From the NCBI GenBank assembly GCA_963809895.1, contig CAWELD010000003.1:288001-352000 (forward strand): a stretch of 64,000 nucleotides of DNA. Reading direction: 5' to 3'. A model generated the notes under the pieces. That model was not told the DNA's origin and ran no database searches. It saw nothing but the letters and a program-made list of their open reading frames with translations. The translations under genes were made by a program, and so were the position numbers. Source of the stretch: an uncultured Gemmatimonadales bacterium (GTDB lineage: Bacteria > Gemmatimonadota > Gemmatimonadetes > Longimicrobiales > Gaopeijiaceae). Below, piece after piece: positions 54,982 through 64,000 of this stretch. Positions within the stretch are counted from its first letter, which is position 1, and every line of letters starts with the position of its first letter.

Positions 54982-55749
54982 ATGCCGCCACGCGTCACGC
55001 TCCTCACCGACTTCGGAACCGCCGACGGTTACGTCGCGGCCATGAAGGGAGTGATGGCCGCCAGGGTGCCTGGCGTTCAGCTCGACGACGTCGCGCACGA
55101 CCTGGCCCAGGGCGACATCGTGACGGCCTCCAGAACGCTGGGGCGGTACTGGCACCTCTATCCCGAAGGCTCGGTGCACCTGGTGGTGGTGGATCCGGGC
55201 GTGGGTACGGGGCGACGGGCCCTGGCGCTGGAGTGTGAAGGGAGGCTCGTGGTGGCGCCGGACAACGGCGTCGTCAGCGAGGTCGTACGAACCGGCCAGG
55301 CGTGGCGCGCCGTGGAGATTGTGCACGTGAGGGCGCCCGGCGCCCCCTCGACCACCTTTCACGGCCGCGACGTGTTCGCGCCGGCGGCCGCGCACCTCGC
55401 CGCCGGCGGGCCGCTGGAGGATCTGGGACCGGCCCTGGAGGACCCCCTGCTCCTGGAGCGTCCCGAGCCGGAGCGCCTCGCCTCGGGAGGCGCGCGGGGC
55501 ACCGCCCTGGCCGTGGATCGCTTCGGCAATGTCGCCACCAACCTTCCCGGGGACTGGCTTCAGGGCGTCCGCGCCGTGGAGCTCTCCGGCCGTTCGCTTC
55601 CGGTGGCCTCCACCTACGGCGACGTGGCCCCGGGTGAGGCCCTGGTGCTGGTGGGCTCCGACGGGTACGTGGAGATCGCGGTCCGGGACGGCTCGGCGGC
55701 CGACGTCCTGGGGCTCGCCCCCGGCTCCGTGGTGGTCCTACCAGACTAG
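54982..55749 (+). CDS. SAM hydroxide adenosyltransferase (DUF62, chlorinase/fluorinase family)
   Basis: TLLTDFG, VVDPGVG, PDNG, TFHGRDVFAP and DRFGN motifs. Confidence 0.92.
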   Translation: MPPRVTLLTDFGTADGYVAAMKGVMAARVPGVQLDDVAHDLAQGDIVTASRTLGRYWHLYPEGSVHLVVVDPGVGTGRRALALECEGRLVVAPDNGVVSEVVRTGQAWRAVEIVHVRAPGAPSTTFHGRDVFAPAAAHLAAGGPLEDLGPALEDPLLLERPEPERLASGGARGTALAVDRFGNVATNLPGDWLQGVRAVELSGRSLPVASTYGDVAPGEALVLVGSDGYVEIAVRDGSAADVLGLAPGSVVVLPD

Positions 55750-55751
55750 AA

Positions 55752-55782
55752 CGGGCCCCCGGACATCGCGTCCGGAGGCCCG
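55752..55782. terminator. Hairpin between convergent genes
   Basis: CGGGCC-CCGGAC / GTCCGG-GGCCCG inverted repeat. Confidence 0.55.
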
Positions 55783-55816
55783 CCCGGGTCTTCGTCTCCG
55801 AAGCCCTCGTGTCAGG

Positions 55817-56050
55817 TCATTCGCCTTCGAGCCAGCGCCGGTCGGCCGCGGACAGCTTACCCGACGACCGGCGGTCGAGGATCTTCACCACCACCCATCC
55901 CACGAGCATGATCGGGGCGACCTTGAAGAGCAGGAACGCCGCCAGCGATCCCACCAGACCGATCACCGACCCCACCACGGCCAGGACGACTCCCGCCACG
56001 ATGAGGGTCAGGAGACCCACGGCGAAGAAGGTGAGAAGTGATCCGAGCAT
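55817..56050 (-). CDS. Small membrane protein (77 aa)
   Basis: GGAGG RBS; almost entirely hydrophobic; C-terminal LSAADRRWLE. Confidence 0.8.
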   Translation of the reverse strand: MLGSLLTFFAVGLLTLIVAGVVLAVVGSVIGLVGSLAAFLLFKVAPIMLVGWVVVKILDRRSSGKLSAADRRWLEGE

Positions 56051-56151
56051 GGTGACCTCCGGCCAACGCGATTCAGTCGTCAGGGTCCGGCGGGCGACGG
56101 CCCGCGGGGGGGTCTCGTCAGCGCCGGGAGGGCCTGGCCCTCATCATCACA

Positions 56152-56178
56152 TACGCCGAACCGCCCCCGAAAGATTCA
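56152..56178 (-). promoter_or_regulatory. ECF (SigW-like) promoter TGAATC-N17-CGTA
   Basis: Upstream of the 77-aa membrane gene; matches the other copies. Confidence 0.65.
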
Positions 56179-57027
56179 GCGGAGCCAGACGACCTTCACG
56201 CTCCCGAAAGCGGCCTGGACGTCGACGGTGATGTGGACCCGAGCCTCGTCGTAGTCCGGAGAATAATACGCGTCGCCCCGCTTGATGAGCCCCTCGGAGT
56301 CCAGCGACGTGAGGAAGGACTTCTTCCTGAGCATGACGCCCACGTTCTTGGGAAAACGCATCTCCAGCGAGCCCAGCCCCATGCCCACCTGCACGTCCAT
56401 GTCCCGGCGCCATTGGCCCGAGAAGTCCAGGGTCACCTCGCCGACACCGGCGCTCAGGTCCAGGTTCTCGGCGTTGAGATTCCCGAGCCGGCGGGCGGTG
56501 AAGTCGGCGGCTCCCACTTCGAGGTCCACCGAGTGGAGGACCTCCGGATTGGGAGCGGAGACGTCGATACGGGACTCGGAGGCCCCGGTGCTGAGCTTCA
56601 GGTCCCTGAGCCGCAGGCCGCCGAGATCCACGTCGGCCCGCACCGCGCCGAACTCCATGTCCAGCGACATGGGCACTTCCCGGGACAGCTCCACGGACAG
56701 GTCGCCGCCCTTGCGGTCCTTGCGGATGTGGATGTCGTCGTCGATGGCGTCCACACCCAGCTCGAGGCGCCCCCGATCGTAGGACACCACCGGATCGAAG
56801 GTGTCCTCGTCGTAGCGGAGCTGGACGCGGTAGAGCATGCCCGCTGCTCCGGGCCGCACCTCGAAATCTCCGGCCCCGTAGCGGACGCGTACATCCAGCG
56901 CGTCGTCGCCGTCGACCTGGCGGGACACCGTCATGGTGCGCCAGCTCTGGGCCTGCAGCCGGGCGGGTCCCAGGGTGCCGGCGGCCACGAGGGCCAGCAG
57001 GGCCACGCGGCGGTGCGGGTTACGCAT
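56176..57027 (-). CDS. Secreted LiaF/DUF2154 (toast-rack-like) beta-repeat protein
   Basis: Signal peptide (LQA|Q); repeated xGA/GVG beta-strand units (FGAVRADVDL, TGASES, VGAADF, AGVGEV). Confidence 0.7.
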   Translation of the reverse strand: MRNPHRRVALLALVAAGTLGPARLQAQSWRTMTVSRQVDGDDALDVRVRYGAGDFEVRPGAAGMLYRVQLRYDEDTFDPVVSYDRGRLELGVDAIDDDIHIRKDRKGGDLSVELSREVPMSLDMEFGAVRADVDLGGLRLRDLKLSTGASESRIDVSAPNPEVLHSVDLEVGAADFTARRLGNLNAENLDLSAGVGEVTLDFSGQWRRDMDVQVGMGLGSLEMRFPKNVGVMLRKKSFLTSLDSEGLIKRGDAYYSPDYDEARVHITVDVQAAFGSVKVVWLR

Positions 57028-58747
57028 CGTCGCCGCCCCCGGGGCTCTTCGTGTCGTCGTCGGCATCCGTGTCCGGTGCATCGGCATCGCCGCCGTTCCA
57101 GCCGTCACCGTGGTCGGCGTCACCGTCCTGCGCGCTCTCAGCGGTGGCGTCCGGCTCGGACGGGCTCGGCTCGGAGAAAGGCGCATCGGGCACGTCGGGG
57201 GCCGACGTCGCCGCTTCGGCCTCCGCGAAGTCGTCCCAACCCGCCGTGGATGCGGAGAAGAGGTCCTCACTCCAGAACTCGGGCCGACGCCCGGCACGCG
57301 TGAGGATCACGGCTCCGAATCCCACGAGCATGGCGAAGATCGTCGCCACCACGCCCGCCGTCACCAGGAGTCCCTCGAGGATTCCCAGGAAGGGAACGGC
57401 CGAGACCAGATGGGCCGCGATGAAGGCGGCCATGAGTACGCCCAGGCCCCCGAAGATGAGCGAGTACGGGTTCGTCACCCGCACCCAGTCCAGGTAGGGG
57501 TAGTGCTGTCGCGAGAGCCAGGAGCCCACGTTGCGGGCGACGGCCAGGTACCCCAGACCCGCAGCCAGGACCACGGCGACGGGAAAGAGCGGAATCCACA
57601 GGATCAACGCGGGGATCCCGATGATGGAGATGGCCAGCGCGATGATTCCGAGGATCCACGCGGGGAGCACCAGGAAGGCGCCCGCGGTGCCCACCAGGGC
57701 GGCGCGTCCCGGCGTGCGGCGCGCCGTCTCGGCCACCGCGTCGAGATTCGATCCCGCGAAGTAGAGGACGAAACCACCCACGATGCCCAGGATGAGGACC
57801 GTGAAGAGGTCTCCGAACGCCCCGCCCACCGCGTCGCCGACCCGGCTGAAGGCGCTCCAGCCCCGGTTCCTGCGCGTCGCCTCGCGAAGGCTCGTGCGAG
57901 TCGCGCTACGCACTTCGTCGCGAATGCGGTTGCGGATCTCCTGCTGGCTCACCACCGCGGGCGTGTCGACCTCGCGGACACCACCCTCGACTTCGCCGCC
58001 GTCGTTGCGCACGCGTCCGTCGGCGTGGCGCAACTCGCCGGTGATCCGGCTTCCGGGCCGCAGGTCCACGTCGCCTCCCACCACCACCACGTCACCCCGG
58101 ATGAGGCCTTCCACCTCCAGGTCGCCGTCCACCACCACCACGGTGGCGTCCACCTGGTCCTCGGGACCGACGGTCATGTCCTCGCCCACGGTGATGCGCA
58201 GGTCTTCCAGGTCCAGGTCGTCCAGCGCCGCGGCCAGGCCTGGCAGCGCGTTGGCGCGGCTCAGAAGCCGCGTGAGCGCGCCCACGTCCACGCCGGCGAC
58301 GGGAGCCTCGGGTGCGGCGGGCGCCTCGGCGGGAGCCGGAGACTCGAGCGCGTCCTCCAACGCCCCGTCGATGGCGTCGGCCACGCGGGAATCGGCGGCA
58401 TCCAGACCCTCGGGCGGCGACCATCCCACCAGCGCACGGGACAGGGGGCCGTCCTCCAGCGCCACCGCGGTGCCCAGGAGGGTCCTCCACGCCGTGTCCA
58501 GGGATCCACCGGGTGTGTACTCGCCCACCACCGCGTCGCCGATGGACACCTTGCCGCCGTCCAACGAGATATCCAGGGAGCCACCGCCGGCGATGTCCAG
58601 CCGCAGCACCGCTTCGTCGCGGCCCACGGTCACTTCCTTGGACACGATGTCCCGGGTTTGCTGGGCCTGCACGGCAGGAGCCGCGGCTCCTGCCAGCGCG
58701 GCGCTCAGAGCGAGCGCCCGGACCAGGTCAGATCGAAAGCTGCGCAT
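57020..58747 (-). CDS. Membrane protein with bactofilin-like (polymer-forming) beta-helix and C-terminal multi-TM domain
   Basis: Signal peptide; VVVDGDLEVEGLIRGDVVVVGGDVDL repeats; TM block with ISIIGIP; acidic tail. Confidence 0.75.
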   Translation of the reverse strand: MRSFRSDLVRALALSAALAGAAAPAVQAQQTRDIVSKEVTVGRDEAVLRLDIAGGGSLDISLDGGKVSIGDAVVGEYTPGGSLDTAWRTLLGTAVALEDGPLSRALVGWSPPEGLDAADSRVADAIDGALEDALESPAPAEAPAAPEAPVAGVDVGALTRLLSRANALPGLAAALDDLDLEDLRITVGEDMTVGPEDQVDATVVVVDGDLEVEGLIRGDVVVVGGDVDLRPGSRITGELRHADGRVRNDGGEVEGGVREVDTPAVVSQQEIRNRIRDEVRSATRTSLREATRRNRGWSAFSRVGDAVGGAFGDLFTVLILGIVGGFVLYFAGSNLDAVAETARRTPGRAALVGTAGAFLVLPAWILGIIALAISIIGIPALILWIPLFPVAVVLAAGLGYLAVARNVGSWLSRQHYPYLDWVRVTNPYSLIFGGLGVLMAAFIAAHLVSAVPFLGILEGLLVTAGVVATIFAMLVGFGAVILTRAGRRPEFWSEDLFSASTAGWDDFAEAEAATSAPDVPDAPFSEPSPSEPDATAESAQDGDADHGDGWNGGDADAPDTDADDDTKSPGGGDDA

Positions 58748-59669
58748 AACGGCGATCCTCGGGGTGCGAGGCGAAAACGTTCCGGTACAGGATCCACAGG
58801 GCCGCCATGATGAGGCCCGACAGCAGGGCCGCTCCAGCGGCCGCCAGGGTGGGGGACTGGAGCATTCCGCGCAGGACCTCCCAGGCCCTGAACACGTTGG
58901 AGCTCTCCAGCCCCGAAGCGCCCACCGCATCCAGCGCACGCTCCGCCAGGGTGGACGCCTTGAGCCAGGCGAAGGACGCCAGGCTCCCGACGGTCACCAA
59001 CGGATGCGAGAAGACGGTCTGCACCACCAGCGCCAGCGTCGCCACCGGGGCAACGGCAGCTCCGAGGGCGGCCGCCCAACCCCGGGGTGACGACGGTACG
59101 GCGCCCCGGATCCAGGCGAGCACGCGCTCGCGACGGGTCGTGGGAGCCAGGGCCGTCTCGGCGAGACGGCGGATGCGCACACCGGCCAACACCCGCTCCG
59201 AGAAGTCCTCGCAGGGAGCCAGCCGCGCGAGTCCCGCCAGTGCCCGTCCCAGAGCCTGGAACTCGTCCAGCTCGAGGCGGCACACGGCGCAGCTGTCCAG
59301 ATGCGCTTCGACGCGGGCCGCCGTGCGAGCCGCCAGCCGACCGTCCATGTAGTCCTGGAGACGCGCGGACCCCACGTGCGCCGCAGCCTGATTCTCGAGA
59401 CCGAGCCAGGCCCGCACTCGAGCGCCCGCTCCGGCTCGCCGGGGCAGGGACTCCACGATGCGCTCGCGGAAGGCCGGGGACGGGGACAGCTTCGGCAGCT
59501 CCGTGAGCTCGCCGAAGAGCGTCTCCCATGCCTCCATCTCCGAGCGGCAGCGCACGCACCCGTCCACGTGAGCGTGGGCGGCCCGGGCCTCCTGGAGGGG
59601 AAGCTCCCCGTCCAGGAGCGCCTGCAGCCGCTCGGCGCTCAGATGTCCGTTCATGTCGTCGTGCTTCAC
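58728..59669 (-). CDS. Zinc-binding anti-sigma factor with two tandem zf-HC2 (ZAS) domains
   Basis: HVDGCVRC and HLDSCAVC HxxxCxxC motifs; C-terminal TM helices; directly downstream of the ECF sigma. Confidence 0.85.
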   Translation of the reverse strand: MKHDDMNGHLSAERLQALLDGELPLQEARAAHAHVDGCVRCRSEMEAWETLFGELTELPKLSPSPAFRERIVESLPRRAGAGARVRAWLGLENQAAAHVGSARLQDYMDGRLAARTAARVEAHLDSCAVCRLELDEFQALGRALAGLARLAPCEDFSERVLAGVRIRRLAETALAPTTRRERVLAWIRGAVPSSPRGWAAALGAAVAPVATLALVVQTVFSHPLVTVGSLASFAWLKASTLAERALDAVGASGLESSNVFRAWEVLRGMLQSPTLAAAGAALLSGLIMAALWILYRNVFASHPEDRRYAQLSI

Positions 59670-59709
59670 GTGTGGCGTCTCCGCTCGGTGGTCGTCCTTC
59701 GTCCGACCC

Positions 59710-59736
59710 TACGGGATTCTCTCGGGACCGGTTTCA
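59710..59736 (-). promoter_or_regulatory. ECF (SigW-like) promoter TGAAAC-N17-CGTA in front of the anti-sigma gene
   Basis: Both elements match the B. subtilis SigW consensus. Confidence 0.75.
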
Positions 59737-59748
59737 CGGCAGCAGGCA

Positions 59749-60423
59749 TCAGGTTTCCAGGTGCGCCAGGTGGTCTTTCAGCTCGTTCCGCGCGCGGTGC
59801 AGATACGTCTTCACCGTACCCAGCGGGAGCTCCATGGTCTCGGCGATCTCGTCGTAGCTGTAGCCCTCTACGTGGCGCAGGAGGATCACCGTGCGATACT
59901 CGGGGCGCAGCGATCCGATGGCCTGCTCGATCTGGCTCCCCAGCTCCTTGTTCTCCACGAAGGCGTCGGGACGCTCGTCGGTGGATTCCACGACCAGGCT
60001 CGTGCGCGCTTCCTCCTGGGCCGAATCGGCATGCGGCGACCCGTGGATGGAGATCGTGTCCAGCTTGCGCTTGCGCAGGAAGTCGATGGTGTGGTTGTTG
60101 GCGATCTTGAAGATCCAGTTGGAGAACTTGTAGGAAGGGTTGTACGAGTCGATGGCGTTGAAGGCCCGGATGAACGCTTCCTGCGCCAGGTCCTCGGCGG
60201 TGTTGCGGTCGCGGACCATGCGGAAGACCAGCGAGAAGACGGGCCGCTCATAACGGGACAGGAGTTCCCGGTACGCGCTCTCGCGGCCCTGGGCCGCCAA
60301 TGCGGCCAGGTCCCGGTCTTCGAGCTGAGCGTAGTCGTGGGAGGACAGCGGTCCGGACCTCGTGTCGGTTGTGGACGCGAGGGGGACGGGGCCATCCGCC
60401 GTCGTTGCGGAGGAGCTTGCCAT
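59749..60423 (-). CDS. ECF RNA polymerase sigma factor, SigW-like
   Basis: AEDLAQEAFIRA, KFSNWIFKIANNHTIDFLRKRK and SYDEIAETMELPLGTVKTYLHRAR motifs. Confidence 0.93.
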   Translation of the reverse strand: MASSSATTADGPVPLASTTDTRSGPLSSHDYAQLEDRDLAALAAQGRESAYRELLSRYERPVFSLVFRMVRDRNTAEDLAQEAFIRAFNAIDSYNPSYKFSNWIFKIANNHTIDFLRKRKLDTISIHGSPHADSAQEEARTSLVVESTDERPDAFVENKELGSQIEQAIGSLRPEYRTVILLRHVEGYSYDEIAETMELPLGTVKTYLHRARNELKDHLAHLET

Positions 60424-60435
60424 GGCACCCGGCCC

Positions 60436-60462
60436 TACGCGGTGTCGGCCGGCGGAGTTTCG
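60436..60462 (-). promoter_or_regulatory. Autoregulatory ECF promoter cGAAAC-N17-CGTA
   Basis: 12 nt upstream of the sigma ATG; same spacing as the other copies. Confidence 0.7.
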
Positions 60463-60543
60463 GCCAGGGATGGAACCCGGCCTCCAACCCGGGTACGTTG
60501 AGGACCCCGTGGCGACAAGCTAGCAGACCCGAAACCCCGTGTC

Positions 60544-61272
60544 ATGGCGACCCATCCCCAGGCTGCCCCCTCGCAGGGCGAAGACCGCGAGCGGCAGGTC
60601 CGGACGCTCTTCTCGGAGATCGCGCCCCGCTACGACCTGCTGAACCACGTGCTCAGCCTCAACGTGGACCGGGCCTGGCGCCGGCGTGCGGTGGATCGGC
60701 TCGGGTGGCAGCGGACGCCGGAGGGCCTCTACCTGGACGCCTGCGCCGGGACCTACGATCTCAGCCTCGAGCTCGCCGACCGTGACGGGTTCCAGGGACG
60801 CGTGGTCGCGTCGGACTTCGCGCAGCCCATGTTGGTGGAGGGGCTGGACAAGCTCTCCGCATCCCCGGTGGCGCCGGTGTGTGGCGACACCCTCCGCCTC
60901 CCGTTCCCGGAGGACACCTTCCACGGGGCGACGGTGGGCTTCGGCGTGCGAAATCTCGCCGACCTCGAGCGGGGCTTCCGGGAGTTCCATCGCGTGCTCC
61001 GTTCCGGCGGGCGGCTGGTGATCCTGGAGTTCACCATCCCGCCGAATCGCCTGGTGCGGGCCGGCTACATGTTCTACTTCACCCGCATCCTGCCGCTCGT
61101 GGGCCGCATCGTGTCGGGGCACCCGTGGGCGTACAGCTACCTGCCCGAGTCGGTGAAGGAGTTTCCGGGCCCCGCTGCCCTGGCCGACACGCTACGGAAG
61201 GCGGGTTTCGCCGAGGCGGGCTACGACCTGCTCACCTTCGGGATCGCGGCGATCCACTGGGCCCAGAAGTAG
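60544..61272 (+). CDS. menG: Demethylmenaquinone/ubiquinone C-methyltransferase
   Basis: FSEIAPRYDLLNHVLS, LDACAGT, GFGVRN and YSYLPESV motifs. Confidence 0.9.
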   Translation: MATHPQAAPSQGEDRERQVRTLFSEIAPRYDLLNHVLSLNVDRAWRRRAVDRLGWQRTPEGLYLDACAGTYDLSLELADRDGFQGRVVASDFAQPMLVEGLDKLSASPVAPVCGDTLRLPFPEDTFHGATVGFGVRNLADLERGFREFHRVLRSGGRLVILEFTIPPNRLVRAGYMFYFTRILPLVGRIVSGHPWAYSYLPESVKEFPGPAALADTLRKAGFAEAGYDLLTFGIAAIHWAQK

Positions 61273-62734
61273 CCTCGGGTTCCGCCAGATCCAGGATCGT
61301 CACCGGTCCCAGGCTCTCCAGGGGCTCGTCGAAGGTATCCGGGTTTCCCACCACGAGGATCACCATTCGATCCAGGTCCAGGTAGCGACGGAACACATCG
61401 CGCACGTCGCGCGGGTGGACCTGTTGCAGGCCCCGCAGGTAGCGCTCGAGCCAGTCGGCGGGGAGGCCCGAGGCCTCGTAGAACATCTGGCGCGAGATGA
61501 CCTGCGACGGCGCCTGGAAGTTGAAGACGAAGCCGTTGGTGGCTTCCTCCACCGTGGTGGCGACCTCGTCGGAGTCCGGCGCCTCGTCGACCATGTCTTC
61601 CATGACCTGCTGCACGAGTCGGATGGCGGCCACGGTGGTCTCGCCGCGGGTCCGGGTGGTCGCGCCGATGAGCCCGTCGTAGCGGACCGGCGCGGTCCAC
61701 AGCGACGACGCGCTGTACGCGTAGCCGGCTTCGGTGCGCACCCGGGTGAGCAATCGGCTCGACAGCCCGCTCGCTCCCAGGATCGCGTTGCCGATGCGCG
61801 ACGCGAAATAGTCGCGGGTGTCGGATTGGCGCAGGGCGGTGGTGTGGGCCAGGACCACCGTGCTCTGGTCGATAGGCCGCGGGATGAGGAAGACGCCCGG
61901 CTCCGTCCGGATCGTGGGCAGGGGGGCCTCGGGTAGCGGTTCCGGGCAGGCGGGCCAGTCGGCGAGCAGAGCCTCCAGGCGTGGGCGGATCTCCTCCCAC
62001 GACACGTCGCCGGTCACGCCCAGGACCAGGTTGCCCGGACACAGGATGCGCCGCTGCAGCCAGCGCACCCGCTCCCTGGACAGTCGCTCCGGTGTGAGAT
62101 CGTCGGCCGCCAGCTCCCAGCCGATGGGGTGGTCGCCGTACATGAGGCGGTTGAACTCGGAGAAGGCCAGCTGCCCCGGGTTGTCCTTGCGGCGGGTGAC
62201 GCTCTCCTGCTCCTGTCCCCGCCACACCTCGAGTCGGGTCGAGTCGAAGCGCGGATGCTCGAGGATCTCGCCCCACACCGCCAGGGCCGGGCCGAGGTGC
62301 TCGCTCAGCGTGTTGAGGGCGGAGAAGGTGGACTCGCCCGCCCCACCGAAGGTGGTCTGGGCGGCGTAGTATTCCAGGAGCACGTCCACCGAGTCCGGCG
62401 TCAGGTCCCTGGTGCCTCCGCCCCGGAGCAGCGAGGGCAGCGCGGTTCCGGCGGCGTAGTACTCCCGGCCGAAGTTGGAGTACCCTCCCTCGAAACGGGC
62501 GAGCACGTTGACCAGGGGCAGCGAGTGGTCCTCCAGCAGATAGACCGGGACGCCCCCCGGGAGCTCGTGGACCTCGGGCTTCGGCGGATCGAAGCGCAGC
62601 TCGGGATAGCGCAGACGCTCCACGGCCCGCCGCCCCACGTCCTGGGCGTGGAGCGACGCCGCTCCCAGGGGTCCGGTGAGCGCCGCGCACGCCAGGGTCG
62701 CGCCGAGCCACCTCCTCGCCATCCCCGTCGTCAC
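61232..62734 (-). CDS. M16 family peptidase, non-catalytic subunit
   Basis: LLEDHSLPLV, ILGASGLSSRL and RTEAGYAYS motifs; no HxxEH; signal peptide. Confidence 0.85.
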   Translation of the reverse strand: MTTGMARRWLGATLACAALTGPLGAASLHAQDVGRRAVERLRYPELRFDPPKPEVHELPGGVPVYLLEDHSLPLVNVLARFEGGYSNFGREYYAAGTALPSLLRGGGTRDLTPDSVDVLLEYYAAQTTFGGAGESTFSALNTLSEHLGPALAVWGEILEHPRFDSTRLEVWRGQEQESVTRRKDNPGQLAFSEFNRLMYGDHPIGWELAADDLTPERLSRERVRWLQRRILCPGNLVLGVTGDVSWEEIRPRLEALLADWPACPEPLPEAPLPTIRTEPGVFLIPRPIDQSTVVLAHTTALRQSDTRDYFASRIGNAILGASGLSSRLLTRVRTEAGYAYSASSLWTAPVRYDGLIGATTRTRGETTVAAIRLVQQVMEDMVDEAPDSDEVATTVEEATNGFVFNFQAPSQVISRQMFYEASGLPADWLERYLRGLQQVHPRDVRDVFRRYLDLDRMVILVVGNPDTFDEPLESLGPVTILDLAEPEATSGPSGSPRSRR

Positions 62735-64000
62735 GATCCACCCCCGTCCGCCACGCCGGGCCCGTCGGGCTTCACCAGCGTCGCGACGGTCTCGTTGGCG
62801 CGCAGGAAATATTGGCGTGCCACGCGCTGGATGTCGGCGCGGGCGACCGCGTTCAAACGGTCCGTGAAGCGAAAGGTCTCGCGCCAGTCCCCGTGCAACG
62901 TGACCGAGCCCGCGAGCTGGAAGGCCAGGCCCAGGTTCGACTGGAGACGGCGCACCCGCCCCGCGTCGAGCTGATTCCTGACGCGCTCGAGCTCCTGGTC
63001 CGTGGGTGGTGCAGCGGCCAGGGATGCCAGCTCGTCCTCGATGGCGGCCACCACCTCGGCAGACGTGTGCGGAGCCCGGGGCACGGCATCGATGGTGAAC
63101 ATGCGCGGATCCCGCTCACCCGGCTCCAGCGACGAGCTCACGAAGGTGGCCAGCCGCTCCTCCACCACCAGGCGCCGATAGAGACGCGAGGTGCGCCCGC
63201 CGGTGAGGAGCGAGGTGAGCATCACCAGCGCCGGGGCGTCGGGATCGGTGACCGCGGGCACGTGCCATCCCACCCGCAGCAGCGGCTCGGCGTCGAGCTC
63301 CACCTCCACGCGGCGCTCCCCGCGCTGCGGGGGTTCCACGGCGCGCACCGGTGGTGGCGGGTCGCCGGCCGGCACGGCGTGGAAGTACTCCTCGGCCCAG
63401 GAGGCGACACGGTCCGGATCCAGGTCTCCCACGATGGCCACCACCGCGTTGCGGGCGCCGTAGTAGCGGTCGTAGTAGGCCTTCACGTCCTGGCGCGTGA
63501 GGCGCCGGAGATCGGCCATGTGCCCCACCACCGGCTGGCCGTACGGATGGACCTGGAAGGCGGTGGCCAGGAAGCTCTCGGCCAGGAGCCCTCCGGGCGC
63601 CGTTTCCACCCGCGTGCGCCGCTCCTCCATCACCACGTCCCGCTCCGTGTAGAACTCGCGAAAGACGGGATTCAGCATGCGGTCCGCCTCCATGACGAAC
63701 CACAGCTGGAGGCGGTTGGCTGGCAGCTCGACGTAGTAGGTCGTGCTCTCGGAGGTGGTGGTGGCGTTGAGGCTCCGGGCGCCGTTGCGCGTGAGAATCT
63801 GGTCGAACTCGTTGGAAACGACCCAGGTCCTGGCCGAGTCCTCCAGCGCGTGGATCCGCGCCCTCAGATCCTTCATGCGAGCGCTGTCCGGCGTGGGGGC
63901 GTCCTGAAGCCTGGCCAGCGTGTCCGCCGCCCCGTCCATGACACGAAAGAGCTTACGCTCGGCCTCCACGTCGCGGGTGCCGATGGTCGTGGTGCCCTTG
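62731..64000 (-). CDS. M16 family peptidase, probable catalytic subunit (5' truncated by window)
   Basis: KGTTTIGT, LNATT, FYTERDVVMEERR, HPYGQPVVG and GGRTSRLY motifs. Confidence 0.88.
   Translation of the reverse strand, partial: KGTTTIGTRDVEAERKLFRVMDGAADTLARLQDAPTPDSARMKDLRARIHALEDSARTWVVSNEFDQILTRNGARSLNATTTSESTTYYVELPANRLQLWFVMEADRMLNPVFREFYTERDVVMEERRTRVETAPGGLLAESFLATAFQVHPYGQPVVGHMADLRRLTRQDVKAYYDRYYGARNAVVAIVGDLDPDRVASWAEEYFHAVPAGDPPPPVRAVEPPQRGERRVEVELDAEPLLRVGWHVPAVTDPDAPALVMLTSLLTGGRTSRLYRRLVVEERLATFVSSSLEPGERDPRMFTIDAVPRAPHTSAEVVAAIEDELASLAAAPPTDQELERVRNQLDAGRVRRLQSNLGLAFQLAGSVTLHGDWRETFRFTDRLNAVARADIQRVARQYFLRANETVATLVKPDGPGVADGGGS

Noticed and set aside
54982..55749. Halogenase (fluorinase/chlorinase) biosynthetic cluster
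   Set aside because: Housekeeping context next to mrp/apbC with no secondary-metabolite genes; the widespread DUF62 SAM hydrolase is the simpler call.

Overview
A 64 kb, very GC-rich (roughly 70% by eye), gene-dense bacterial chromosomal segment. Gene content and order suggest Gemmatimonadota (inference only). Most of it is housekeeping and envelope genes: lptD end, moeA, dacB, acs, guaB, an mltD-like gene, a long mfd-PPIase-surA-pdxA-ftsEX-envC-holB-moaC cluster, lepA, pruA, mrp/apbC, a SigW-like ECF operon, menG/ubiE and an M16 peptidase pair. I found no rRNA, tRNA, CRISPR array, integrase or transposase. Main observations: (1) a TPR protein convergent with a 45-aa lipopeptide precursor ending HPGSGS, which is divergent from an AraC-type regulator, a candidate RRNPP-like peptide signalling module in a diderm; (2) a 303-bp highly structured MITE-like element with 31-bp TIRs and TA duplication inserted in the stop codon of a ROK kinase gene; (3) four copies of a (T)GAA[A/T]C-N17-CGTA ECF promoter that outline a SigW-like regulon, one about 55 kb from the sigma gene; (4) a PerR-like operator overlapping a leaderless promoter of a P1B-4 ATPase; (5) a STAS-kinase plus STAS-wHTH partner-switch pair with no sigma factor; (6) a structured guaB leader; (7) two TonB-plug proteins without a barrel and a secreted CxxCH/Tyr-rich repeat protein. 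All calls are from motif recognition; no searches were run.
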